From: Candidatus Desulfobia pelagia
GTDB taxonomy: Bacteria; Desulfobacterota; Desulfobulbia; Desulfobulbales; SURF-16
DNA length: 45,892 nucleotides
Reading direction: 5' to 3'
Assembly: GCA_014382295.1 (NCBI GenBank)
Contig: JACNJZ010000094.1
Coordinates: 1-45,892 of the forward strand
The notes beneath the pieces are model-generated. The model was not told where the DNA came from. It saw only the letters and a program-made list of their open reading frames with translations, and did no database searches. This document shows, piece after piece, positions 33,942 to 44,405 of the stretch; the first letter of the stretch is position 1; each line of letters opens with the position of its first letter. Position numbers and translations under genes: made by a program.

Positions 33942-34082
33942 GTTTCCAATTCGGAAACGAATATTTTTTGAGAAGATCAAGGAAAACGAGGAGTTCCGCG
34001 GAGGCGTATGTCCATACGCCGCACAAGGAACCCCGCAGTTTGACGCAGAGATTCACAAAAAAGATCGTTTCCGGATGGAAAC
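33942..34082. mobile_element. Putative MITE-like non-autonomous element upstream of pntAA
   Basis: Imperfect 18-19 bp TIRs GTTTCCAATTCGGAAACGA / TCGTTTCCGGATGGAAAC; internal hairpin GGCGTATG-TC-CATACGCC; related ends at 12496..12544 and 33895..33909. Confidence 0.6.
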
Positions 34083-34115
34083 TAATTATAAATCTCGAAA
34101 AGAGGAAAAGCATTC

Positions 34116-35249
34116 ATGAAAATAGTAGCTCTAAAAGAGACTTTTCCTGGTGAAAAGCGCGTTGCGCTGATCCCGGCATCTATTGACAAACTGGTCAAAA
34201 GCGGTGCCGACATCACCGTGGAATCAGGCATAGGCGAAACATGCCGCTATACTGATGCAGATTATGAAAAAGCTGGCGCCAAGGTCAGTGCCAACAGAAA
34301 CGAACTGATCTCCTCCGCCGACATGATCCTGCGGCTTCGTAAACCTCCGGTTGAAGAAATTCCCATGATGAAGAAGGGAGCCATTCACATCAGCTACCTT
34401 GATCCCTTCAACGAAAAGGAAATCCTTGACGCCTGCATGGCCGCTGACATCAACGCCATCAGCCTTGAAATGATCCCCCGCTCCACCATTGCCCAGAAAA
34501 TGGACGTTCTCAGTTCCCAGGCCAACCTGGGAGGCTATGTCGCCGTCCTTCTGGCAGCTGAAAAGCTCGACCAGATTTTCCCGATGATGACAACTCCTGC
34601 GGGAACAATCAAACCATCCAGGGTTTTCATTATCGGCGTCGGTGTTGCCGGACTTCAGGCAATTGCCACGGCAAAACGCCTTGGTGCCAGAGTCGAAGCC
34701 TTTGACACCCGCCCTGTCGTTGAAGAGCAGGTCCAGTCACTGGGTGCAAAATTCGTCAAGATTGATCTTGGCGAGACAGGCCAGACAAAAGACGGCTACG
34801 CCATGGCGCTGACCCCTGAGCAGATCAAAAAACAGCAGGAAGGCATGGCCAAACATTGCTCCCTGGCAGACGTTGTTATCACCACTGCCCAGCTGTTCGG
34901 CAGGAAAGCCCCTGTTATTGTTACAGCTGACATGGTGAAACAGATGCGGCCGGGCAGTGTTATTGTTGACATGGCTGTTGAATCCGGCGGCAATGTTGAA
35001 GGATCCGAACTGGATAAAGTTGCCGATGTAAACGGTGTCTCCATTATCGGCCTTGGCAACCTCCCTGGTGAGGTGGCAATCCACGCCAGCCAGATGTACT
35101 CAGCAAATATCACCAACTACGTCATGCATTTCTGGGATAAAGAGGAGAAAGTATTCAACCTCGACCTGGAAGACGAAATCATCAAAGGCTGCCTCATGAC
35201 TCATAACGGGCAGATCTTCAGTGAAACCTATAAAAGTATTGTAAAGTGA
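34116..35249 (+). CDS. pntA: NAD(P) transhydrogenase alpha subunit part 1 (dI)
   Basis: GEKRVAL, MDVLSSQAN, GVGVAGLQAIATAKRLGA, EQVQSLGAKF, GGNVE. Confidence 0.97.
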   Translation: MKIVALKETFPGEKRVALIPASIDKLVKSGADITVESGIGETCRYTDADYEKAGAKVSANRNELISSADMILRLRKPPVEEIPMMKKGAIHISYLDPFNEKEILDACMAADINAISLEMIPRSTIAQKMDVLSSQANLGGYVAVLLAAEKLDQIFPMMTTPAGTIKPSRVFIIGVGVAGLQAIATAKRLGARVEAFDTRPVVEEQVQSLGAKFVKIDLGETGQTKDGYAMALTPEQIKKQQEGMAKHCSLADVVITTAQLFGRKAPVIVTADMVKQMRPGSVIVDMAVESGGNVEGSELDKVADVNGVSIIGLGNLPGEVAIHASQMYSANITNYVMHFWDKEEKVFNLDLEDEIIKGCLMTHNGQIFSETYKSIVK

Positions 35250-35256
35250 GGATAAT

Positions 35257-35544
35257 ATGACTCCAGTATTTCTTACATTTGTTCTGGTCCTGGCAATATT
35301 TTTGGGATTTGAACTGATATCAAAAGTACCTTCTACACTGCACACCCCCCTGATGTCAGGCTCCAACGCCATTTCCGGGATCACCCTGGTTGGCGCCATA
35401 GCCTCTCTTCAGTTGAACCAGAACACCCTGGGAATTATCCTCGGCACTGGCGCTGTTATTCTGGCAACAATCAATGTTGTCGGCGGCTATGTCGTCACAG
35501 ACAGGATGCTCGGCATGTTCAAGAAAAAAGAGGGGGGTAAATAA
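35257..35544 (+). CDS. NAD(P) transhydrogenase alpha subunit part 2 (membrane)
   Basis: KVPSTLHTPLMSGSNAISG, INVVGGYVVTDRML. Confidence 0.96.
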   Translation: MTPVFLTFVLVLAIFLGFELISKVPSTLHTPLMSGSNAISGITLVGAIASLQLNQNTLGIILGTGAVILATINVVGGYVVTDRMLGMFKKKEGGK

Positions 35545-36932
35545 TGGATCTCAATCTTCTCATCAATTTCAGCTACATCATCTCGACTGTTATGTTTATT
35601 TTAGGCCTAAAGATGTTGAGCTCACCAGCCACTGCCAGAAAAGGAAATATGATTTCCGCCATCGGTATGTTGCTGGCGATCTGTGCTGCCCTTGTTTCCC
35701 AGGGAATTGATTACAAATGGATACTCCTCGGCATGGCTGTCGGCGGTGGTATTGGTCTGGCAGCTGCACGCCTGGTTGCCATGACTGCCATGCCGGAAAT
35801 GGTCGCCATATTTAACGGCTTCGGTGGTGCGGCAAGTCTGCTGCTCGCCTGGTTTGAATACAGCGGCAAATATCAGGGCCTCGAGAGTGCGCCTGCTTTT
35901 ACCGCCTTTGTTCTCATCCTTTCTGTTTTCATCGGCGGCATGACCTTTTCCGGAAGTATGATTGCCTATGGAAAACTGAGTGAAAAGATCTCCGGCAAAC
36001 CTTATCTTTTTGCCGGACAGCACATTGTCAACAGTCTCATCCTTATTACTACCGTAATCCTTGGCGTACTTTTTGTTCTCAACTCCGGCGCAGGAAACGG
36101 CTATTTCATACTGCTGATCGTCATCGCTCTGATTTTCGGTGTCCTGTCAGTTATTCCCATCGGCGGCGCAGACATGCCCGTTGTCATTGCCCTGCTGAAC
36201 AGTTATTCCGGCCTTGCCGCCTGTGCCGCCGGTTTTGTCATCCACAACAATATTCTTATAGTTGCCGGCGCCCTGGTTGGAGCCAGTGGTATTATTCTCA
36301 CCAAGATCATGTGCAAGGCGATGAACAGATCTCTTGCCAATGTTCTCTTCAGCGGTTTCGGTTCTACCAAGACAGCTGCTGCAGGGAAAGGCGCCCAACA
36401 AGGCGAGATCAAACCAGCCAGCCAGGAAGACGTCTACTACATCCTTGAAGCTGCCGACTCTGTTGCTTTTGTTCCCGGATATGGTCTTGCTGTTGCTCAG
36501 GCCCAGCATCAGGTGCGAGAGCTTGGAGAAATCCTTGAAGCGAATGGAACCGATGTTCAATACGCCATCCATCCTGTTGCCGGCCGTATGCCCGGCCACA
36601 TGAATGTCCTGCTGGCAGAGGCCAATGTTCCCTATGACCAGCTTATTGAAATGGATGAAATCAATCCCAATATGGAAACCGTTGATGTTGCCGTTGTCAT
36701 CGGTGCCAACGATGTCGTAAACCCGGCGGCCCTTGATGACGAGTCAAGCCCGATCTACGGTATGCCCATTATTGAAGTCCATCGCGCCAAAACGGTTATT
36801 GTCCTCAAGCGTTCCATGAATCCCGGTTTTGCCGGTATCGAGAATGCCCTGTTCTTTAATGACAATACCCGCATGTACTTTGGCGATGCAAAGGCTTCCA
36901 TCACCGGCCTGATTGCCGAGTTCAAAGGGTAA
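35544..36932 (+). CDS. pntB: NAD(P) transhydrogenase beta subunit
   Basis: MTAMPEMVA, IGGADMPVV, PGYGLAVAQAQH, HPVAGRMPGHMNVLLAEA, GANDVVNP. Confidence 0.98.
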   Translation: MDLNLLINFSYIISTVMFILGLKMLSSPATARKGNMISAIGMLLAICAALVSQGIDYKWILLGMAVGGGIGLAAARLVAMTAMPEMVAIFNGFGGAASLLLAWFEYSGKYQGLESAPAFTAFVLILSVFIGGMTFSGSMIAYGKLSEKISGKPYLFAGQHIVNSLILITTVILGVLFVLNSGAGNGYFILLIVIALIFGVLSVIPIGGADMPVVIALLNSYSGLAACAAGFVIHNNILIVAGALVGASGIILTKIMCKAMNRSLANVLFSGFGSTKTAAAGKGAQQGEIKPASQEDVYYILEAADSVAFVPGYGLAVAQAQHQVRELGEILEANGTDVQYAIHPVAGRMPGHMNVLLAEANVPYDQLIEMDEINPNMETVDVAVVIGANDVVNPAALDDESSPIYGMPIIEVHRAKTVIVLKRSMNPGFAGIENALFFNDNTRMYFGDAKASITGLIAEFKG

Positions 36933-36952
36933 AAACCAGCGTCAACACTCTC

Positions 36953-37004
36953 CTGCAGAGACCGGAAATCAGCAACTGATTCTCAGGTCTCTGCAGTTTT
37001 TTTT
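36953..37004 (+). terminator. Intrinsic terminator of the pnt operon
   Basis: CTGCAGAGACC..AATCAG-CAA-CTGATT..GGTCTCTGCAG-T8. Confidence 0.85.
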
Positions 37005-37032
37005 ACCTGAAAGTAATTAGCGTTATAGGGAT

Positions 37033-38487
37033 ATGACCTTTCCCCGCATAGCCGTTCTCCTTATTGTCATCATCTGGGTCGCCCTTTTCGCGGCTCTCCT
37101 CCAGCGCGACTACTTCGTCAAAAAAATCAATCTCCACGAAAAACAGGTTCTCACACTTTCCAGGGAAGAGAGTTATCTTGGCGTTTACTTCCAGGGTGAA
37201 CGAATAGGGTATGTCCAGAACAGGTATAGCCCCCGTGAAAATGGCTCCATCAGGCTTCTCCAGAACTCCCATCTTCTTCTCAATATACTAGGGCAAAGCC
37301 ATCCTGTAGACATGAACCTCGAGGCTGACTTATCGGCTGATTATCTCCTGCAGTCCTTTTCTTTTGAGCTGGGTTCAACCTTCTACCAAATGAACGTAAA
37401 AGGGACCATTGAAGGGAATTCTGTCCATTATTCCCTTTCAACCGGCAAGGAAGACACCTCCGCCTCCATCACTCTGAAAGCCCCACCCATTCTTCCGGTA
37501 AACCAACGGGGCTACCTCCTGAAACAGGACCTTAAACCCGGTGACAAAATTCGAATTCCCTTCTTTGATCCAATCACCCTGTCCGGCAAAGAAACCACCA
37601 TGGAATATCGGGGGAAAGAGAAGGTATTAATCCACAACAGGGTCTTATCCCTTCATCGTTTTATCGAAAGCTATGCAGGTATCAGAATAAACAGCTGGCT
37701 GGATGATCAGGGTAAAGTCATCAAAGAAGAATCCCCTGCCGGATTCATCTTCCTGGCCGAGCCTGAATTCAAGGCCCGTGATATTACCGGCAAAGGCGAG
37801 GAAATCCTCGGCGCAGTTGCCGTTCCTTTTGCCGGAGACATCCCCGACCTTGACAAGGCATCGACAATTACCTTCAGATTGACGCTGCCGGAAGGCTCCA
37901 GCTTTGACCTTAACGGAGACCGTCAAATCTTCCAGGATTCACTGTTGACTGTGACCAGGGAAACAATTCCTGAAGGGGATTTCTGCCGCGACCAGCAAAA
38001 CAATCTTAAAGCCACTCCATTTATCCAGACAAACAATCAGGAAATAGCTGCACTGGCGGAACAACTGACCAGGGATCAGGTTTCCTCAACAGACAAGGTC
38101 AGGGCAATCAGCACCTGGCTCTACACACATATCGACAAACAGCCTGTGATTTCCATACCGGATGCGCTCAGCACTCTCAAATCGAAAAAAGGCGACTGCA
38201 ATGAACATGCGGTTCTTTTTGCTTCCCTCGCAAGAAACAGTGGGATACCAACACGAATAGCTTCCGGCGTCATGTATCACGCCGGCAAATTTTACTATCA
38301 TGCCTGGAATGAAGTCTGTATTTCTGATACATGGCTCAGTATAGACACAACAAAGAACCAGATCCCCGCCGATCTTTCCCATATCAAGTTTATCGAAGGA
38401 GGCATCCGTGATCAGACAAAAATTATAAGCCTTCTGGGAAACCTGGGAATTGAACTGGTTAATATAAATATGCAGAGGAAAGACTAA
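37033..38487 (+). CDS. Membrane-anchored transglutaminase-like domain protein
   Basis: N-terminal TM; Cys-His-Asp triad GDCNEHA, YHAWNEV, WLSID. Confidence 0.92.
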   Translation: MTFPRIAVLLIVIIWVALFAALLQRDYFVKKINLHEKQVLTLSREESYLGVYFQGERIGYVQNRYSPRENGSIRLLQNSHLLLNILGQSHPVDMNLEADLSADYLLQSFSFELGSTFYQMNVKGTIEGNSVHYSLSTGKEDTSASITLKAPPILPVNQRGYLLKQDLKPGDKIRIPFFDPITLSGKETTMEYRGKEKVLIHNRVLSLHRFIESYAGIRINSWLDDQGKVIKEESPAGFIFLAEPEFKARDITGKGEEILGAVAVPFAGDIPDLDKASTITFRLTLPEGSSFDLNGDRQIFQDSLLTVTRETIPEGDFCRDQQNNLKATPFIQTNNQEIAALAEQLTRDQVSSTDKVRAISTWLYTHIDKQPVISIPDALSTLKSKKGDCNEHAVLFASLARNSGIPTRIASGVMYHAGKFYYHAWNEVCISDTWLSIDTTKNQIPADLSHIKFIEGGIRDQTKIISLLGNLGIELVNINMQRKD

Positions 38488-39278
38488 TGCCGGAACCTGA
38501 AAGAAAACCAGAAGGACAGCCCGCCCTCGAGGTGACGCATCTTTCAAAAAACTTCAGCGATTTCAAGGCCGTTGAGGATATCTCCCTTACCATTGAAAAA
38601 GGCGAAATTTTCGGTTTTCTTGGCCCCAACGGCGCCGGTAAAACCACCACCATAAAAATGATGGCAGGACTTCTCAAACCGGACAGCGGTTCGATTACAA
38701 TAGGCGGCCACAATCTGGCAAAAGACCCACTGGTCTGCAAAAAGATAACCGGCTATATCCCAGACAGGCCCTATCTCTACGAAAAACTGACAGGCCGGGA
38801 ACTTCTTCAGTTTATTGCCAGCCTCTATCATCTTTCCGGGGAAGAATTTGAAAAATGCCAACGGTATCTCGAGCTTTTTGACCTGACAGACTGGCAGGAT
38901 CACCTCATCGAAAGTTACTCCCACGGGATGCGTCAGAAACTGATCATGACCTCCGTGTTCATGCTTGATTCCCCTCTCATAATCGTCGATGAACCTATGG
39001 TCGGCCTTGATCCTAAAAGTGCCAGAATCGTCAAGGAACTGTTCAAACAGCATGCCCGCAGCGGAAAGACGATTTTTCTTTCCACCCATTCCCTGGAAAT
39101 TGCTGAAGAACTGTGCAACAGAATCGGAATTATCCTCAAAGGGCGACTCAAATCACTTGGAACCGTTGACACACTTCGCAAAGAGGCTAAAATGGAAGGC
39201 TCTGACCTGGAAGATGTTTTCCTGGAACTGACAGGGGCCTATGAAGTCCAGGATGTTGTCAACGCCCTGCGAAGCTGA
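38487..39278 (+). CDS. ABC transporter ATP-binding protein (ABC-2 type)
   Basis: GPNGAGKTT, YSHGMRQK, IVDEP, STH; TAATG coupling to the upstream gene. Confidence 0.96.
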   Translation: MPEPERKPEGQPALEVTHLSKNFSDFKAVEDISLTIEKGEIFGFLGPNGAGKTTTIKMMAGLLKPDSGSITIGGHNLAKDPLVCKKITGYIPDRPYLYEKLTGRELLQFIASLYHLSGEEFEKCQRYLELFDLTDWQDHLIESYSHGMRQKLIMTSVFMLDSPLIIVDEPMVGLDPKSARIVKELFKQHARSGKTIFLSTHSLEIAEELCNRIGIILKGRLKSLGTVDTLRKEAKMEGSDLEDVFLELTGAYEVQDVVNALRS

Positions 39279-39414
39279 CTTTCTACAAATCAGGGATAGC
39301 AACAGCATGCAAACCATGGTAGATAGGGAAGGCATATCACCATATATATTCGTTCATAAAGACGTCACAAATGACAAAATGATATTAATTTTCAAAGCGT
39401 AAAGGAGTAAGAGT

Positions 39415-39744
39415 ATGTTCGCCAGAGTGTTATTATCCAGTATTTTGATTTTTTCCATTTTCCTCTTCTCAGGCTGTGCCGGGAAATCCTCTGATCAGCA
39501 AAAAGCAGCTATCGACCCTGCCGCCGCAGAAGCTACAGAGCAATCCCAGCAAAACCCCTGTGAAGCAGTTATCGCTGAAGCTGTCAGTGACGCTCGTACA
39601 ACCATGAGAATTGTCACCAAATCATGCGAGGGCAACACCGTCGAGGCGACCCCTGTCTGGGGCCTCAATTACAAAGGTGCAGTCCATGTCCGCGTACTTG
39701 ATAAAAACGGCACACAGATCGAAGATACATACGTTAATCCGTAA
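39415..39744 (+). CDS. Hypothetical lipoprotein
   Basis: AAGGAG SD, lipobox LFSGC, own downstream hairpin. Confidence 0.8.
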   Translation: MFARVLLSSILIFSIFLFSGCAGKSSDQQKAAIDPAAAEATEQSQQNPCEAVIAEAVSDARTTMRIVTKSCEGNTVEATPVWGLNYKGAVHVRVLDKNGTQIEDTYVNP

Positions 39745-39764
39745 GAAGCTATACACGCCCTCAA

Positions 39765-39810
39765 AACAGGTGGCTCAAACAACAGCAGGTTGAGCCACCT
39801 GTTCTTCCTT
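39765..39810 (+). terminator. Probable terminator hairpin
   Basis: 14-bp IR AACAGGTGGCTCAA/TTGAGCCACCTGTT followed by CTTCCTT. Confidence 0.65.
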
Positions 39811-40030
39811 CACAACCCCAGTTCCATCAGCAAGTCCCAGCGGAAAAGTCATTCCCTCGCCCATATTCATCTTTCGTCTTCTTTTTAAGTATTTGCAAAT
39901 CAATGCCACACGGTGATATGATGGTTATTAATCTCCCGGGGTAATAAAAATTCATCATTATGGATCTGATTTCAACCCCACATGACATAAAATTGCATTC
40001 TCTCAACATAAAAACATTTGAACATAGACA

Positions 40031-42064
40031 ATGACCACTCATGAAGCACCAGGAGACAATTTTCTCTCCCAACAGATAATTTCCCACTTCGATCTGATTT
40101 TCAGAGCCATTCCTGACGCTGTTATCCTCACGGACAAAGAGAGATGTATTGTAAAAGTCAATTCTGCTTTTACAGACCTTTTTGAATATTCTTTTGAAGA
40201 AGTCAAAGGGAAACACACAAAGTTCTTTTACATTAGTGAAGAAGCCTATGAGGAACAAGGGCGTATCCGTTTCAATCTGAGTGCAGAAGAAAAGCTCAAG
40301 CCTTTCGAGGTCCCCTACCGTAAAAAGAACGGTGAGGTTTTTCAGAGTGAAACAGTTGGCACAATTATCAATGATGAGGAAGGACGTTTCCTCGGCTTTT
40401 TAGGTATTATTCGTGACATATCGAAAAGAAAAGAACTTGAAAAAGATATCAAGGATGCTCTGTCATCGCTGGAACTTCAGGTCAAAGAAAGAACCAGATC
40501 TCTTCAAGAAACAAATAACAAATTAACCACTGAAAGTATTGAACGCCAGAAGACTGAAGAAAACCTGTGCAAAGAAAAAAACAAACTCGAAGCGGTTCTC
40601 GCCGCCCTTGGAGACGGTGTAACTCTGCAGGATAAGGATTTCAGAATTATCTATCAAAATGAAATTCACAAACAAAAACAGGGGGACCACACAGGAGAGT
40701 ATTGCTACAAGGCCTACCAGGGAAAAGACTCTATTTGCGAAGGATGCCTGCTGGAACAATGTTATGCAGATGGTGAAATACACCGCCGAGAAACCAAAGC
40801 AGAGACCAGCAATGGAACAATCTACATCGAGGTTTCCGCAAGTCCCATAAAAGACAGTTCCGGCTCGATTATAGGCGGGATTGAAACCGTCAGGGATATC
40901 ACCCAGCGCAAACGCTTGGAACAGCAGCTTCAACAGAACATGAAAATGGAAGCCATCGGCACCCTGGCCGGAGGTATTGCCCATGACTTCAACAATATTC
41001 TTTCGGCAATTATCGGCTACTCAGAACTCGCCAAACTCGTTCTTCCTTCAGAAAACAAAGCTGTTGCCCATATTGACCAAGTGATTCAGTCAGGGAAAAG
41101 AGCCAGCGACCTGGTCAATCAGATTCTTACCTTCAGCCGTAAAGATGATCAGGACCTGCAGGCTATCACACCGCATCTTCTTATCAAAGAAACATTAAAA
41201 ATGCTGCGCTCCTCAATTCCTGCGTCAATTAACATCAAACAGAACATCGATCCGCAAAGCGGACACATCCTTGCTGATCCGACAAAAATCCATCAGATCT
41301 GCATGAATCTCTGCACAAATGCCCTGCATTCCATGGAAGACCAGAAAGGCACCCTCACGGTCGAATTACATCGCAGGGACGTAGAGACACATGATAATGC
41401 CTCCGCCCCATCCGGCCCTTTCATAGTTCTGTCTGTCAGCGACACCGGTCACGGTATGGATAAGGCCACGATTGAACGGGTTTTTGAGCCCTATTTCACA
41501 AAGAAAAAATTTGGGAAAGGCACCGGTCTCGGATTGTCTGTTATTGATGGAATCGTTAAAGGACTCAATGGCTTTATCAATGTAGAAAGTGAGCCAGGAA
41601 AAGGTTCATCTTTCCATGTACACATACCTGCCCTGGAAACTCCCAACCCGATTTCCGAGGAAAAGCTGAAAAAAAAACTTCCAATCAATAACGGTGATGC
41701 ACACATTCTTGTTGTTGATGACGAAGCAACCATTGTCGATATGCTTGAAGCGGTGCTGCTGGCCCTGGGATACTCAGTCACAAAAACAACCCGAAGCCGG
41801 GAAGCACTTCAGGAAATCGAAAAATATCCAGACAAATTTGATCTGCTCATTACTGACCAGACCATGCCAGACATTTCCGGAGTGGAACTGGCCCAGAATG
41901 TCCTGAAAATAAAACCGGCCATGCCCATTATCCTCTGTACAGGCTACAGTTCTATGATTTCACCAGAAAAAGCCTGCGGAATAGGAATCAAATATATACA
42001 AAAACCATTCAAAGCCGAAGAACTTGCCGCCATTGTCAGAACAGCCCTCGATGAAAAAGAGTAA
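40031..42064 (+). CDS. Cytoplasmic hybrid histidine kinase (2 PAS-HisKA-HATPase-REC)
   Basis: GGIAHDFNNIL, MNLCTNA, DTGHG, GTGLGL, ILVVDDE, ITDQTMP, QKP. Confidence 0.96.
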   Translation: MTTHEAPGDNFLSQQIISHFDLIFRAIPDAVILTDKERCIVKVNSAFTDLFEYSFEEVKGKHTKFFYISEEAYEEQGRIRFNLSAEEKLKPFEVPYRKKNGEVFQSETVGTIINDEEGRFLGFLGIIRDISKRKELEKDIKDALSSLELQVKERTRSLQETNNKLTTESIERQKTEENLCKEKNKLEAVLAALGDGVTLQDKDFRIIYQNEIHKQKQGDHTGEYCYKAYQGKDSICEGCLLEQCYADGEIHRRETKAETSNGTIYIEVSASPIKDSSGSIIGGIETVRDITQRKRLEQQLQQNMKMEAIGTLAGGIAHDFNNILSAIIGYSELAKLVLPSENKAVAHIDQVIQSGKRASDLVNQILTFSRKDDQDLQAITPHLLIKETLKMLRSSIPASINIKQNIDPQSGHILADPTKIHQICMNLCTNALHSMEDQKGTLTVELHRRDVETHDNASAPSGPFIVLSVSDTGHGMDKATIERVFEPYFTKKKFGKGTGLGLSVIDGIVKGLNGFINVESEPGKGSSFHVHIPALETPNPISEEKLKKKLPINNGDAHILVVDDEATIVDMLEAVLLALGYSVTKTTRSREALQEIEKYPDKFDLLITDQTMPDISGVELAQNVLKIKPAMPIILCTGYSSMISPEKACGIGIKYIQKPFKAEELAAIVRTALDEKE

Positions 42065-42083
42065 CTGGGGACAGTGGGACAGA

Positions 42084-42533
42084 CTACACACCTGAGATCT
42101 TGACGGCAAGGAGGCTTATGACCGCATATCGTGCCAGCTTCCCGGTGAACACCAGGAGGAGAAAAAGTATAAAGCGGATCTTCAAAACCCCTCCAACGAG
42201 ACACAGAGGATCTCCCACAACAGGCAGCCAGGAAAACAATAACGACCACAGCCCATACCTGCCGTAAAACCTCTCTGCCTTTTTCCGGGACTCCTCACTC
42301 ACCCTCAGCACTCTCTCCATCAACACAGGACTGCCATACACACCTATGGCGTAGGTGGTAACAGCTCCCAGGGTATTGCCAAGGGTGGCAACAGCAACTG
42401 AAGCCGCTGGATTGAACCCGGATGCCACAAGTGCCGCCAGGAGCCACTCGGATCCCAGGGGGATTATAGTTGACGCCAGGAAACTCAAGACAAATAATGC
42501 CGGATATCCCTGGCTGATATAAAACTCTTCCAT
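42084..42533 (-). CDS. YqaA/DedA (VTT) family membrane protein
   Basis: SFLASTIIPLGSE, GNTLGA, LLFSWLPVVGDPLC, GKLARY. Confidence 0.92.
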   Translation of the reverse strand: MEEFYISQGYPALFVLSFLASTIIPLGSEWLLAALVASGFNPAASVAVATLGNTLGAVTTYAIGVYGSPVLMERVLRVSEESRKKAERFYGRYGLWSLLFSWLPVVGDPLCLVGGVLKIRFILFLLLVFTGKLARYAVISLLAVKISGV

Positions 42534-42595
42534 TTTTGATAATGACTTTTAATGGGTATCCTGTAAAATTAAACAATTGCGGGAACTAAAAAACA

Positions 42596-42675
42596 TAACG
42601 CAAAGGCGCTAAGACCCAAAGAAAACATTTTACAAAAACAACAAGTTACCTTTGCAACTCTGTGTCTTTACGTTA
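42596..42675. repeat. Intergenic palindromic element with 8-mer arms
   Basis: TAACGCAAAG ... CTTTACGTTA (1 mismatch) with three degenerate units per arm. Confidence 0.55.
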
Positions 42676-42720
42676 AAGAATGACTTTTTGCATGCCTGTC
42701 ACAATTAATAATTTAACACA

Positions 42721-44373
42721 ATGAAACGGACACTCCTAAGCCCTTTTTTGCTGTCAAACAGGAATCGTTTTTTCCCTGCCGGCAGATTCCCGACACGAAC
42801 AACGAGCCTCCTCCTTTTTGCCATTACTCTCTGTCTCGGCTGTTATTTCCTCACTGTCAAAGTGGTCCACTACTTCCACAGCCAGAATGAACTTGGCATT
42901 ATCCTCAGCCTCAAAATTTTCCAGATGGCATGGATTGTCATGTTTGCCATGCTGGTATTCTCAGCCATGGTTTCAGCTGTATCCACCCTATTTTTATCAC
43001 AGGACAATGAAATTATTCTCAGTGCCCCTGTTCCGCCACAGGAACTTTATTTCATGCGCTACCTGACCACCACTGTCTATACATCCTGGATGATGGTCAT
43101 CTTTTCCATCCCGGTTTTTGGAGCCTACGGCCAGGTATTTAATGCCGGGCCTCTCTACTGGCCCCTCATGCTCTGCACTGTTGTGGCAACGGCCTTTACA
43201 GGAACTGGCATTGCAATGGCCATAACCATTGTCCTGGTCAATCTCTTCCCTGCCCGCCGGACAAAGGATATCATCATCTATCTCTCCCTGTGCTTCGGAC
43301 TGCTTATATACCTTATGTTCCGTATGCTGCGCCCTGAAGAACTGGTCAACCCTGAAAAATACGGCCATTTTGTTGAATATCTTTCCGCTATTTCAACACC
43401 AGCCGGACCCCTTGTTCCTGCTGCATGGTCTGCCAACTTGCTTTCCACCTATCTGCTGGACCGGGAGGTGGACTGGCTGCTGCTCGGTCTCATCATCTGG
43501 ACGGTTCCAACCTTATACCTTGCCGGACAATGGGCCATGAAACGATTCTTTTTCTCGGGCTTCAATAAATCCCAGGAATCTTTCGGCGGTCATATCCGTT
43601 TCGGAGTGTCCCGCTATTATAAAAGGGGAATATGGCGGTGGATCTGGATCAAGGAGACCAAGATTTTCCTCAGGGATTCAACGGAATGGTCCCAGCTTTT
43701 CATGATTGGCGCATTAGTGGTGGTTTACCTATATAACTTCAAAGTGCTCCCTGTTGACCGCTCCCCGATCCAGGAAGAGTATGTTGCCAATGTGGTTTCG
43801 TTCCTGAACATTGGGCTTGTTGGTTTTATGGTCACTTCTCTGTCTGCACGATTCGTTTATCCGGCCGTTGGCTCTGAAGGAGGAGCGTTCGCAATGATTC
43901 TATCGGCTCCTCTCGCTGTCAGAAGTTACCTGCTCAGCAAATGTGTCTTTTATGCCGTTCCTTTTACTGTCTTCTCACTGTTTCTCGTTATTGTCTCCGA
44001 CCACCTGCTCCACATCACAGGCCCGATGTGGTGGTTCAGCATCGGGATATCACTACTTGCAACCTGGACTGTTGTCAGCCTGGCTATTTCATTCGGGGCT
44101 CTCTATACTGATTTCAAGGAAGAAAACAAGGCGGCGGCCCTGGGTGGAATGGGTGCCATCCTCTACCTGTTCACATCCATGACCGTCCTTTTCGTCGTTA
44201 TCTTTTCAGGGGCACTTCCGATCTACCGTATCATGAAACAGTGGCTGCGCGGTTTGCCAATAAGCCCTGAGAATATTGCCTGGACCGCGGCATGGGCTTT
44301 TTTTGCCCTCCTTCTGACTGTATCTACCTGTGTGATTTTTTTTCGAAAAGCAGTTAAACGCTTAGAAGTTTAG
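42721..44373 (+). CDS. Putative ABC-2-type transporter permease (large, about 13-14 TM)
   Basis: 550 aa multi-TM; LFLSQDNEIILSAPV, KETKIFLRD..WSQL, RFVYPAVGSEG; internally duplicated ABC-2 permease pattern. Confidence 0.85.
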   Translation: MKRTLLSPFLLSNRNRFFPAGRFPTRTTSLLLFAITLCLGCYFLTVKVVHYFHSQNELGIILSLKIFQMAWIVMFAMLVFSAMVSAVSTLFLSQDNEIILSAPVPPQELYFMRYLTTTVYTSWMMVIFSIPVFGAYGQVFNAGPLYWPLMLCTVVATAFTGTGIAMAITIVLVNLFPARRTKDIIIYLSLCFGLLIYLMFRMLRPEELVNPEKYGHFVEYLSAISTPAGPLVPAAWSANLLSTYLLDREVDWLLLGLIIWTVPTLYLAGQWAMKRFFFSGFNKSQESFGGHIRFGVSRYYKRGIWRWIWIKETKIFLRDSTEWSQLFMIGALVVVYLYNFKVLPVDRSPIQEEYVANVVSFLNIGLVGFMVTSLSARFVYPAVGSEGGAFAMILSAPLAVRSYLLSKCVFYAVPFTVFSLFLVIVSDHLLHITGPMWWFSIGISLLATWTVVSLAISFGALYTDFKEENKAAALGGMGAILYLFTSMTVLFVVIFSGALPIYRIMKQWLRGLPISPENIAWTAAWAFFALLLTVSTCVIFFRKAVKRLEV

Positions 44374-44405
44374 GTGAACATTCTTTATTTTTCTATTCTG
44401 CCAGC

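Noticed and set aside
33919-34153. Short ORFs upstream of pntAA
   Set aside because: They coincide with the MITE-like element and show no protein features.
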